Assembly: GCF_001194135.2 (NCBI RefSeq)
Contig: NC_068982.1
Span: 137,276,167-137,340,166 of the forward strand
Length of the DNA stretch: 64,000 nt
Reading direction: 5' to 3'
Source of the DNA: Octopus bimaculoides
Lineage: Eukaryota
Shown here: in pieces, positions 1 to 11,765 of the stretch
How positions within the stretch are numbered: the first letter of the stretch is position 1
Layout: every line of letters starts with the position of its first letter
Made by a program: the position numbers and the translations under genes
The notes under the pieces: generated by a model
Seen by the model: the letters and a program-made list of their open reading frames with translations, nothing else
Database searches by the model: none
What the model was told of the DNA's origin: nothing

Positions 1-1747
1 GGTTGAAAACCACTGAGCTAAATGAAAAGCAAAAACAAAAAAGTTATGTGCGGGATCAGGTTAGAGTTATTGAATGAAGTGATGCTTTATAGATATTGTC
101 AGCTCATTATTTTTCAATCAATGCTTTATTCATTCGTTTATGTATAGTTGAAAGCTTATTCTCTTGCATTTTAAACAATATTTTCAGGCTAGTGATTAGA
201 TTTACTTCACAGAGTGTGACTTGTTTTAAATTAGATATGACTCGATAATATCTCCAATTTAATTTACACCTACACATATGAACCAACAGTGCTGATTTTC
301 AGGGGGTTTTTTTTTTGTCTTGGATTTTCTTTAACATGTGGTGGGTGGATTATTATCATTAGTTTTTTTGTTTTTTTTGTTAGTTTTCTTTATTCCTTGG
401 GGAAGTCATCATTATCATCTTTAATTTCTCCCATAAAATAACAGCTGTTGTAAAGTGAAGTCAGCTTATCACTGCTTGTTTTCTATGTTGCCATGCTATT
501 AGTTGTTTTGGTTTCATTGTTTTCTTTTCCTTTCTTTCTTTTTTTTTTTTTTTTTTCATGGAGGTGTGGGCATCTATTTTTAATTCTTTGAATTCTTGTT
601 TTCTATAAAGAAGAGGCTAATTTATAACAAAATAACAAAGCTCCATTGCTGGAATTTCAATAACAATGGTAAAGTTACTTGTTGAATTTTACCAAAACAT
701 TTCATCTTTTTCACTGCTCTGCTTATTGATGGAATTTGCAAAGTGTATTATTTTTGCCGGTCATGTTATCTGAAAAACCCCAGTTTTTCAATATAACCAT
801 TTAGATTAATTAATAACAAAACTAAGTGTACTGATGAATAGTGACACAAATGTAGATCTAGTGTGTGTGTGCATGTGTGTATAAAAAGTTTTTAATTTCT
901 TGACATAGTGGGTGAAGGACATTCAAAACCTGCAGTCTTTTGTTGAATGTTTAGTTGTGTATATTTAACAGAAGATGAACAGGTCTTACACAATTATTCA
1001 CATATATGGATTATTGAATCTTCAAATCTGAAGTTGAATAACTGCTTAATTAATACCCAGCCATGAGATGACTACTGTTTATTTTTCTGGCCAAAGCAAC
1101 TAAAATACTTCACATATAACAACCTTTAGCTCCCAACCTCCCTTTCAATCACCTTCTTGTCCTTTGAGAGTATGCTCTGACGCCTCATCACCAACCATCT
1201 TTATCCCTCCTTCCAGATCCACCCCAGTTGCTCCCACTCGTCCTTATATAGTGTGGGCTGGCTATGTATCTCTTCTGCAGCAACAAACATGTTCCCGCCT
1301 CTTTCTTTAATACCTGAATCTCTTAACACCTGGCAATTAGCTGCCTCCCTGTTGAACTGGTTGGTGTGTTTATGATATTTGGTTGCTGTTTCTTACAGCT
1401 TGAGTGATTATGCAAAAACCACTTCTATTGGTTTGCTAGTCTTTTGTTGATGATGCTGTATGTCTTGTTGGTGTTCTTGTTGAACTCCAGGTCAACCCTG
1501 ATTAATACCTTTTTTTTTTCTTTCTTTTTTTTAGCCACAATGTATCTAGGACCACTTTAGCTAATATGACCTTTTTTTTTTCTTAAGTTGATCAGAAGTG
1601 ATCTGAGGTAGATTTTCCTGGTCTTTCTAGCAGATAGAGTAACTATTATCTAAAGGCTAGCAGATTCAGTTTTGCTTTTTTTTTCTGTTTATACAGGAAA
1701 TATCTTGACCATTACAAGGAAATAAACTTTAAATTCAATTCAAAATT

Positions 1748-1890
1748 AACCCTTTAGCCTTCACATTATTCTGTCAAAAGTAATACTCATTTATTCACAT
1801 TGTTTTCAATTAATATGCATTATTTTGTAAATGAGATTTTGATGAGCTGACTGCTAATTTTTTAGTACGATATTCTAGGGTTGGTGTGAG
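1748..1890 (+). mobile_element. Possible piggyBac-like MITE terminus
   Basis: Begins TTAA|CCCTTTAG. No partner terminus identified. Confidence 0.3.
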
Positions 1891-1900
1891 ATCGAGTATT

Positions 1901-2091
1901 TCTTTTACTTGTTTCAGTCATTTGACTGCAGCCATGCTGGAGCACCACCTTTAGTTGAGCAAATCAAACCCAGGACTTATTCTTTGTAAGCCTAGTACTT
2001 ATTCTGTCATTCTCTTTTGCTGAACTGCTAAGTTAGGGGGACATAAACACACCAGCATCGGTTGTCAAGCGATGTTCAGAGGCACAAAGAC

Positions 2092-2122
<31 letters not shown>

Positions 2123-2459
2123 NNNNNNNNNNNNNNNNNNNNNNNNNNNNNNNNNNNNNNNNNNNNNNNNNNNNNNNNNNNNNNNNNNNNNNNNNNNNNN
2201 NNNNNNNNNNNNNNNNNNNNNNAGTGAGACATTAAGCACAACCACAGGCAGACAAATGCGTGGAATTCAGTGAAGACTCCTTGCTCGACATAAATATAAA
2301 TAAATACGAGCAACAAACCCCCACTAAATCCCAAAAAACATAAAAGTCTTACCTGTAGTTGTACGTCAAAATTCACGACGCTGGCATTTAGCGATGCTAC
2401 AACAGGAGCGAAAACAAACACGTCTGCTTGCTACTTACAACACAGCCACTCCTGCGCCT
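1901..2459 (-). mobile_element. tRNA-derived SINE family A (tail gactgaaacaagtaaaag), interrupted by a gap and foreign sequence
   Basis: Same tail, core and head as about 10 other copies in the window; head reads AGGCGCAGGAGTGGCTGTG on the minus strand. Confidence 0.85.
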
Positions 2460-2689
2460 AATTATGAACATAAAACAAGTAGAATATTTTGGATGGACAT
2501 GGCTGGTTTAAATTCTAAAGTTCAAATATGCTTTTACCCAATACATGAAGAATATAGGTCAGTCAGCATTAAACTTCATTAAAACTTTTCTGAAATTTGA
2601 AGTTTGAAATTTCTTTTACCTGATTGTAATCTTTCTGAACAAAGGCATAATAATAGTAGAATCATTACTGTACCTGACTTTACATTCTG

Positions 2690-2830
2690 AGTTCAAATGC
2701 TGCCAGAGTCAACTTTGCCTTTTATTCTTTTGGGGTTGAGAAAATAAGTACCAGTTGAGTACTGGGGTCGATGTCATTAACTTAACCCCTCTATCAAACT
2801 TGCTAGACTTGTGCCAAAATTTGAAATCAA
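2690..2830 (+). mobile_element. CORE-like SINE fragment
   Basis: ctttgccttttattctttttggggttgagaaaataagtaccagttg, homologous to the copy at 18141. Confidence 0.65.
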
Positions 2831-3559
2831 TAGATACATTAATTTTATAAATCAATCATTTCACATCAAAACATTGTGTTCAAAACCCATTTTATTAGCT
2901 AATAAATGTTTCTAATAATGACTGATAAGAATTGTGACATGAATTGAGTATTTCTCTGTCATGTTTTGTTATACAGACATAACTGATCAATACTTATGGT
3001 GTATAATTCTCTGAAGATTAATTTGACAAGTTATTTATTCTATGTCCAGTCTATTTAGACAGTGGCAAGTCTTTTATTTTGACTATTATTTTTTCGATGT
3101 TATCTGACTTCTTTTTTTGTCTGTGTGTGTGAAAATTTTCTAACAATATAATAATGGACTTTTCTGGGAAGAGAGAATATCTTCATTTTTGTATTGATTC
3201 TTAATGAAAGAGTAAGATGATTCACCAGTATCTTTTCCTTTTAGTTTCTTCTGCCAAGACTAATTTAATTTATAAGCATTGATAACAGATCTTGCCATTC
3301 TATTTTGTTGTAATGTTACATTGATAGAGAAATAAAAAGTGATGTTTAAACGAGACAAAGCTAGAAAGCATTAGCTGTTGTTAAAGTAGAGAGGATGCTG
3401 CTTGGCTGTATACCAAAGAATAGACACATGTTAGTTATTGTTTTATTTATCCCATGAATGTGATCTAATATTTCAGTAACTGCAACACTAAAAATGTTAC
3501 ATCATACTTATATTAAATTGTAGTAATGTAAGATGACATGTGGCAGTTTTTTTTTCTTT

Positions 3560-3973
3560 TCTTTTACTTGTTTCAGTCATTTGACTACGGCAATGCTGGA
3601 ACATCATCTTTAGTCGAACAAACCAATTCCAGGACTTATTCTTTGTAAGCCTAGTACTTATTCTACCGGTCTCTTTTGCTGAACCACTAAGTGACTAGGA
3701 CGTAAACACACCAACATTGGTTGTCAAGTGATGGTGGGGGAGGGTGAATAAACAGACACAAGTAACATTATTATGATTGACCGTTGACTGAGCACTATTC
3801 AATTTTTTTTCTCCGTGTTTTTCTCCTTGTCTCCGTATTCTTTCTGTTGAAGAGCGTAGCTCGAAACGTCAAAGACTTTCCGTATTCCTGAGCGTCATAC
3901 TAATATATACTTTTGTTATTTACACCACCTGTCCTCGTCTGTTGTTATTATTTGTATATTCTCCCAAACATAC

Positions 3974-4011
<38 letters not shown>

Positions 4012-4168
4012 CAAGCTTCCTTCAGTTTCTATCTACCAAATTCACTCACAAGGCTTTGGTTGGCCCGAGGTTATAGTAGAAAACACTTGCCCAAGGTGCC
4101 ACACAGTGGGACTGAACCTGGAACCATGTAGTTGGGAAGAAATCTTCTTACCACACAGCCACTCCTGA
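3560..4168 (-). mobile_element. SINE family A split by a nested ~200-bp insert (3766-3966)
   Basis: Tail half at 3560-3765, head half at about 4008-4168. Confidence 0.85.
3839..3875 (+). ncRNA. Minimal type-I hammerhead-like motif (Penelope-type), core variant CUGUUGA
   Basis: tcttt-CTGTTGA-a-gagc(gta)gctc-GAAAC-GTC-aaaga. Stems I and II pair and stem III is the palindrome ACGT. Confidence 0.55.
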
Positions 4169-4689
4169 AGCACTGATGCTCAGCTTTCATTGAGTAGGGC
4201 TGTACTAAAGAGGCAGCCATCCAAACAGGGTCTTTTCTGACAAGAACATTGTACTTTTTTTGAAGATGGTGGGGAGTTTTAGTTGAGAAACCTTTAGCTT
4301 TTGCTGCAGATTGAGCAACTATAGAGGAGCTCTTCTGGCTAAAGAGGTAGGAGTGATACTTTGTTAATATATTGTATCTGGGTTTGCAAAGACACAAGAG
4401 CAGCTTGGAGGTATATTACCTTTTGTGTTCCATTATGAAAACCTTATACTCTTACATTTACATGCAAGTGCAGGCGTAGCTGCATGGTTTAAGATGTTCA
4501 CTTCCCAATCACATGGCCACAGGTTCAGTCCCACTGCAGCACCTGAACAGTGAGAGGGCCACAAAATATATTTATTCAAATGCTCAAATGACTTGCTAGG
4601 AGTTGATACTTGTGTTACTTAGATGGCTTAATTAGCAGTGGGGGTGGGCTTTCTGGAAACATAATAACCAAAATAAGAACAGTGTAGGA

Positions 4690-4980
4690 GAAGTTCAGAG
4701 GTTTATTACTTCTACTGGCAACAGAGAGATTCTTTCCCTGAATGAAAATCAGATTGTATAATATTTGTGTATGAAGTGTGATATTGCTTAGCAGTAGTGA
4801 AATGTTGGCCATTGGAGATGTAGAGGAAGGAAAGATATGTGATGTTAGTGTGTACAAATGATGGTTGAAAGTGAGCTGAGAGAGAAACTGGGGAAAAAGG
4901 GGCATCAAATGTGGTGTACAAATGAGAAGACTGTGCTGATGTGAACATGTGATATTTGTGGAGAATGGCTTTTAAGTAAA
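4690..4980 (+). mobile_element. Decayed RTE-clade LINE, C-terminal RT region
   Basis: Broken frames give KFRGLLLLL, IVYNICV*SVILLSSSE and ELREKLG..GIKCGVQMRRL, resembling RTE KFRELLPLL, LYDACVRSVMLYGSE and ELRERLG...RRLRWFGHV. Confidence 0.55.
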
Positions 4981-5551
4981 GATTTGCTAACAAACCAAGT
5001 GGAATGAACTTGCTGAATAGGAAAACATGTGAAGTAATGAAGGCTGATCTGAGGAAGCCAAACTTCATGATAAGGAGATTACTGTTAATTTGCTTTAGCT
5101 ATGCTTATCCAGCAGAAATATTTTAATAAACTGGATCTTTGGGGGCGTTAATTGTAGTTAAATTTCTAATATTATTTGTAGTTTCAGTTTTGTTGCTAAA
5201 AGAGTGCCAAGGGTTACTAAAGTACCATATTGACATTTCTGCTTTTTTACTTCAAGACCTATGTGTTATTGACTTTGCTTTTCATATAGATTCAATAAAA
5301 TAAGAACCATACACAGACTGAGGTCAGTTCAGTCAACTATGACAGGTCTCCTTTAAATGTATCTTCTCATGTCAATGTGATAACTCGTTTCTAATATTGC
5401 TGTTAAACACTTTATTCACCTTCTAAAAATACTCTTTTTCACTTTTTTTTTTTTTTTGTATTTCCTTATCGTTACCAGAAGTTCTTTTTCTCCGTTTTGA
5501 CAATTTTTTTCCTTTCACTAAAAAAGCAATTATTTTCAATTTGTCTTGCAG

Positions 5552-5685
5552 GAAATTCATTAATTAAATGTGGCCAAACACATATGCAAATTGGAAATGC
5601 TGAAAAGGAATTTGTACAAACATCCTGCAATAATTTTCTTTCTCCATTGAAAAATTTCCTTGAAGGCGACATGAGAACAATTACA
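5552..5685 (+). CDS. SH3GLB1: Endophilin-B N-BAR exon (G)NSLIKCGQTHMQIGNAEKEFVQTSCNNFLSPLKNFLEGDMRTIT
   Basis: Acceptor ttgtcttgcag and donor gtaagt; 134 nt, phase 1 to 0. Peptide matches endophilin B1 GNALIKCGETQKRIGTADRELIQTSALNFLTPLRNFIEGDYKTIA. Confidence 0.95.
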
Positions 5686-6104
5686 GTAAGTTTCCTTTTA
5701 AATTTTAAAATGCCAACTGCAAAAAAAATTTCAGAATAGCCAAATAATATTTAATTACCAGCTTTAATGAGTTTTGGTTTTTGTCTGTTTTGCTTTTAGT
5801 TAGCTTGTTTAATTTATAATACAAAAGAATTTTGTTTTTTGGTAAACTATGGTATCTTAATGCATTAAATATGAGTTGTATTATATTGCAATAAAACTTC
5901 TCGATGCCTTTTATTTTGTTTGCTTTCAATTTCTGAATTATATAAGAAATTGTAAGTAATTATCTGTCTGGGAACAAGGCATAACATCGAATCCTTATTG
6001 TAATAGACATAATTTGTATCCCTTGTAAACTCAGCCTCTTTACCCATATAAACATCATTCTTTTTTGTCATGTTAATAAATTTGAATTAAAATTAAATTC
6101 TACA

Positions 6105-7560
6105 TCATCATCATTTAACACCTGCTTTCCATGCTTGCATGAGTTGGATGGTTCAACAGGAGCTGGCCAGTTGGAGAGCTGTCCAGACTCCAGTTGTCTG
6201 TTTTGGCATAGCTGGATGCCCTTCCTAATGCCAACCACTTTACAGAGTCTGCTGGGTGCTTCTTACATGCCACCAGCATAGGTGCATTTACGTAGCACTG
6301 GCATGAGTGTATTTTATGTAGCACCAGCACCTGTAAGACAAAGACCTTTCCGATGAGAGAGGGGTTTGGGGCAAGGCCATAAAGGACATGCCTGTATGTA
6401 TGGATGGCTGCGATTTTGCTTAGCTTAATGTCTCTTCTCAAGTACAGCAAATTAACACAAGTCTCAGTCTCTTGTCATCTCCTCAGCAAGGCCCAGTGGC
6501 TGAAGATCCTTTCCCTGGGTATTCCTGTGTCTACCCCTTCCTCAGGTTCTCTTCACATTTAGACATTCCAATTTGTAATTGTAGAAGTTAATGTAAACAC
6601 AAATTATGTGAAGACTTTTACAACAATCAATGACTGCTTGCTTAAGATTTACTATTAACAAAAAAAAATGATGGAATAGACTTTCATGGAAAACAACTGA
6701 GTTACAGACTTAAATTTATTTTTGATTCAGCTATATTAATCTGTTCATCAGCAAATAGGAACTCCCACACATAGCCAGTCATAAACTCCTTTATTATAGC
6801 TTAGAGGAAGGACTGTAATGAAAAGAAATGGGACAGAGAATGAACTTTGATAGATGTCTACCTGAACACCATCAATCATTGCTGATTCTCACCTTGCTGA
6901 CTATTTCAGTACATGGGCTATAGAGTCACACAAGCCATTTTCTTAGCTTCCTCAGTGACCACCAGTCATTGAGTATGGAATCATGTCAGAAGCCCTTTCC
7001 ATGTTGACAAACACCAGATATAAGCGCTTACTGCAAGCGTAGTACTTCCCTTGGTGTTATCTCACTAGGAAGATAACATCAGTAGGACTTTTTCCAAGCA
7101 CAAGGCAACTGCATCTTCTCTAGGTTGATTGCCTTCCTTAACTCTTTCTGCAACATTCATAACCTGATCAGTTTCCTCTCTCTCTAATGCATCTCCTTTG
7201 CTCTTGTAGCAGCTGACAATGATGCTGCTGTGCCAATCATCGTGTGTGACACCTTCCTTCCTTCTGAGTTACTATGCTGGTGACTGGCCTGTGCATTATT
7301 CCATCAGACATTACAAGCATCTCCATAGTAATTCCTAATGGACCAGGTGGTTTCTCTGCTTCATATCCTTAACCTTGTCCTTTCAATTTGAATAATTGCT
7401 CCCTGTGAAGGCCTACATACAGCAGGCCTTCTTTTTCCCCCCATTCAACCACCTCTTGTAATAGCATTTCTATGCCCCTCTCAGCATAAATGCAAGAGCA
7501 TCCTGTCATTCCAGACTCCTTTTTCCCTCAGGACATCTCAATTTTCTCTAACATCCTGCC
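6105..7560 (-). mobile_element. Decayed RTE-clade LINE: RT fragment (about 6740-7560) plus 3' UTR and (GAT)n tail (6105-6510)
   Basis: Minus-strand motifs KPPGPLGITMEML, GKSPTDVIFLVR, LYLVFVNMERASD, IVSKVRISN, EFMTGYVWEFLFADE. Tail contains gtggttggcattaggaagggcatccagc and ends gatgatgat. Confidence 0.8.
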
Positions 7561-7925
7561 TTGCAATTTAGCAGACATCACATCTCTGATCTCATTGTAA
7601 AAACATGGTTTATGCTACCAAATCATATTCACTTTTCAGTGATGGGGGTACACATACTCGCATACACACGACACACATGCACGTGATGATGCGTGCACAC
7701 GTGATGTGCACACAAAAATGACACACGCACACATATACACCCATATAAGTTAGTGTATCATTTAGAAAAGGGTTCAGTACATGGCTGAAGTTACACGTAT
7801 TGAACGACAATCTGCGATGGATGTGTTCTATGCCCATCAAACTTTATGCATTGCTGAGCCAAACTGCAGTTATATATTTCTACATATAGCTTCAAATTCT
7901 ATGTATGTTTTTTTAATTTTTGTAG

Positions 7926-8018
7926 AAAGAAAAGAAAGTTTTGGAAACCAAGCGTTTGGATCTTGATGCTTGCAAGAGCCGTGTAAGGAAGGCTAAAAGC
8001 CAGGCTGGCCAGCAACAG
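7926..8018 (+). CDS. SH3GLB1: Endophilin-B exon KEKKVLETKRLDLDACKSRVRKAKSQAGQQQ
   Basis: Acceptor tttttgtag and donor gtaata; 93 nt, phase 0-0. Matches KERKLLQNKRLDLDAAKTRLKKAK. Confidence 0.95.
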
Positions 8019-8131
8019 GTAATACTTATGCTACAATTTCCCTTTCTCATTTTTATCTCTTGAATGTTTTGAAGTGTCATATATATATATATATATAATA
8101 ATGATAATAATAATTTCTTAAGTATTGAGAA

Positions 8132-8572
8132 GATGGATTTGGCATTAATCTTTATATTGTTCAACAGTCGTTTCAACCCATCCTGCTACTGTGCCTTATG
8201 GTGGGGGGGACTCCTTTCAACATGTGTTGCATCAGTTTTGCAGTCTGGATCTCATCAGATACATAAGGTTTGTGTCTCGCTAAAGATCCTGAGTTTAGAC
8301 TGTCATATTATTATGTGCCCATCTGGTTAGGGAAACATTGTTACAGTTTTAGTGATGCTTCATTCCCTAACCAGACGGGTATATAACAACATGACAGCCA
8401 AAAATCAGGATCTTTAGCGAGACACAAACCTTTATGTATAGATGTACCTGATGAGACCCAGATTGCAAATTAATGCAGCACAACATGTTGAAAGGAGTCC
8501 CACCCATGAGGGACAGTAGCAGGATGGGTTGAAGCACCCATGTACAAAATAAAGATTAATATCAAATCCATC
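8132..8572. repeat. Imperfect foldback / MITE-like inverted repeat
   Basis: 8132-8334 is the diverged reverse complement of 8363-8572; 28-nt spacer. Confidence 0.85.
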
Positions 8573-9035
8573 ATTGTGTTGCTTAAGAAATTATTATTAT
8601 TATCGCAACTAACACTGTGGAATTCCTGAAGTAGATCCAACGGAAATATACCCTGACTGCGGATGATACCAGGTAGCCCAAACTGTGCCAGTGATCTACT
8701 CAACACATCAACACATTGATATATACCCGTTAGTCCAAAAATATTAAATATATATGTATATATGTATGTATATGTGCTTTGCAATTGTTGTAGTTACAGA
8801 TGTATGTTTTCAAAGCTCTCTTTAAAATATTTTAAAACTACTGTTTGTCTTAAAAAAATTTTAACTTCTTGCATTTCAATTACTCTTTTTAAATCAAATG
8901 CATTGTTTCATTAGAATTCTTTCTGAATTTTTAAACTTTTCAATCTTCAAATATTTAAAAAGTAAATGCTGCATTTTATATATTATGTATTGCTTTTAAA
9001 TACTAATTCTTTCGGAAAGTTTTCTCAGCATGCAA

Positions 9036-9051
9036 TTACATTCTCTTCCTT

Positions 9052-9098
<47 letters not shown>

Positions 9099-9260
9099 TA
9101 TGTAACTTCTCTTTCTCTCATGCTTACACACACACACACACACACACACGCGCGCATTCTCTCTCTCTCCCCATACATTTCTTCCCCATGAACATACACA
9201 TTCTTCCACACATGCATACACTTTTTCTCTCACATTCTCACTCAACCATCATTCATCTGT
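9036..9260. repeat. (TG)n, (CA)n and (CT)n microsatellite cluster
   Basis: Seen directly. Confidence 0.9.
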
Positions 9261-9354
9261 ACTTTTCTCTCTCTATTTCACACATTATTATTGGACTCTG
9301 TCATCTCTTCAATAAATGACAGTTGAGCAGGACACAACCACACAGTGTTCTTAC

Positions 9355-9753
9355 CTTTTATCTTTTGCTTCAGTCATTATACTGTGGCCATGCTGGGGCA
9401 CCACCCTGAAGAATTTTTAGTCAAATGAATCAATCCCAGTACCTTTTTTATTTTTTTCTAAACCATTTACGTATTCTTGTTGGCCTCTTTTGCTGAACTG
9501 CTAAGGTATTGAGAAGGAAACACAACAACATCAGTTATCAAGCAGTGATGGAAGATAAACACTCACACAAATACACACACACATACACAGACATCAGGCT
9601 TCTTTCAGTTTCTGTCTGCCAAATCCATTCATAAGGTTTTGATCAACCCAAGGCTATAACAGAAATATTAGCCCAAGGTGCTACGCAGTGGGACTGAGCC
9701 CAGAACCATGTGGTAGGGAAGCAAACTTCTTACCACACAGCCATGTCTGTGCC
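9355..9753 (-). mobile_element. SINE family A, diverged
   Basis: Tail cttcagtcattatactgtggccatgctgg through head ttaccacacagccatg. Confidence 0.8.
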
Positions 9754-9797
9754 TTAGTTCACTGTTTTGTCATGTCATCTCATATGTGACTATAGAC

Positions 9798-10361
9798 CTA
9801 TCTGGGATGAACCTTCTCAAATAGCTCTTCATTGCCATTGACTTGTTCACATGTTTCAACAATTCTTTGAAGAAGATGTCCTTGGTCATGAATCTTTTCA
9901 CAATACACAAGGGATTTAATGTAGTCCCAGAAGAAAAAGTCCATGGGAGTTAAATCTGATGACTGTGGTGCCCATTCAATTGGCCCATGACACCTGAGCC
10001 ATCTCCCTGGAAAATGTTCGTTCAGAAAATCGCAAACCTGTAATGCATAATGGGGAGGAACCCCATCCTGCTGAAACCAGACAGGATTTCCCCTTCCATG
10101 TGAATGCACGTGAGGCATCGTCTTCTTGCCAAGCATGTCCAGATACGAATCACCTGTCACAGTGCCCTCAAAGTAATATGATCCAATTACTTGATTGTGC
10201 CAAATCCCACACCACACCGTTACCTTGCCCCTGCCTTGATGATTATCTGCCCCCATCCAATGAGGATTGGTTTGTGAGTAATACCAGCAGTCAAGATAAG
10301 AAAAGAGAATGTTAGCAATTTCACATATTGCAGGACGGTGCATGACTTTATGGCCACCTTG
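9798..10361 (-). mobile_element. Tc1/mariner DD41D (rosa-type) transposase relic with one TIR
   Basis: ORF contains VWCG, FQQDGVPPH and WAPQSSDLTPMDFFFW, with 41 residues between the 2nd and 3rd catalytic D. Terminus TA|CAAGGTGGCC at 10361 abuts the DDE region, so the HTH and first D are deleted. Confidence 0.85.
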
Positions 10362-10514
10362 TATATGTATATATGCAATGTCCTGTACCCAGATATGCAC
10401 CTATACATACAGGTGGATGTCAATATGCACATATCTGTACGTATATATGCATATACTCATTTACTATTTGTTTATATATATATATATATACATACACTTC
10501 ATACATACTCTTTC

Positions 10515-10916
10515 TCTCTTTTACTTGTTTCAGTCATTTGACTGCGGCCATGCTGGAGCACTGCCTTTAGTCGAGCAAATCGCCGGCAGGACTTATTCTT
10601 TGAAAGCCTAGTACTTATTCTATCAGTCTCTTTTGCCAAACCGCTAAGTTACGGTGACGTAAACACACCAGCATCGGTTGTCAAGCGATGTTGGGGGGAC
10701 AAACACAGACACACAAACACACACACACACACACACACATATGTATACATATATGATGGGCTTCTTTCAGTTTCCACCTACCAAATCCACTCACAAGGCT
10801 TTGGTCGGCCCGAGGCTATATTAGAAGACACTTGCCCAAGGTGCCATGCAGTGAGACTGAACCCGGAACCATGTGGTTGGTAAGCAAGCTACTTACCACA
10901 CAGCCACTCCTGCGCC
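10515..10916 (-). mobile_element. SINE family A, near full length, low divergence
   Basis: Complete tail, microsatellite, core and head. Confidence 0.9.
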
Positions 10917-11237
10917 ATACTTATTATATTTAAATTCCATTTTTAATTTAGTTCATAATTATAAAATATTAATGAAAAATCTTTTTGCAAAAAAAAAAAA
11001 AATAAAAAATAAAAGGTCAGCTATTGTTTACTTTGTCAATGTTTCCACATTTTAAGGAAACAGATCATTAAATTTTAAATACTACTGAGATTTAATTTTA
11101 AAAAGCAATGTATGTGCTCTTGGAAATCAGAATGTTTTCAACCAGATTTAATTTTAGTTCTTATAATAGATAATTATTGGATATTCCCGAGTAGTTTTAA
11201 TCAAGTGTATCATTAGCTTCAGTTGTCGAAATGAAAG

Positions 11238-11270
<33 letters not shown>

Positions 11271-11364
11271 GGTGTAGTTGTATTACTAGTGATTAGATAT
11301 GTGATTTCACCTCTGGCAAGTAGCATGTTATAATTGTGTTGCTACATTGGCACATGTATGGCTG

Positions 11365-11765
11365 TGCAGTTAATAAGCTCACTTTGCAACCATGTGGTTT
11401 TGGGTTCAGTTCCGCTGTGCAGCACCTTAAACAAGTATCTTGTACTGTAGCCCTAGGCTAACCATTGCTTTGTGAGTGTATTTAGTAGATGGAAACTGTG
11501 AAAGCCTGCTATGTGTGTGTGTGTGTGTGTGTGTGTATTCATGTATGTGTGTTGTTGTTTGCCCACCACCACAGTTTGACAACCAGTGTTGGTTTGTTAA
11601 CATCCTCGTAGCTTAGTGGTTTGGCAAAAGGGACCAATGGAATGAGTACTTGACTTTAAAAAATTAAAATAAGTGTTGGGGTTGATTTGTTCCAGTAAAC
11701 CTTTCAAGTTGGTGCTCCAGCATGGTCGCAGTCCAATGACTGAAACAAGTAAAAGAAAAGATAAA
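11365..11765 (+). mobile_element. SINE family A, sense copy
   Basis: Head ggctgtgcagttaataagc, (TG)n, tail gactgaaacaagtaaaagaaaag. Confidence 0.8.

Noticed and set aside
1-5551. Search for upstream endophilin-B exons, and for SH3 exons after 52591
   Set aside because: No matching peptide found by eye in any frame; presumed outside the window or in gaps.
8448-8470. Other CTGATGA matches (also at 831, about 29704 and about 51138)
   Set aside because: No stem II followed by GAAA, so not hammerheads.
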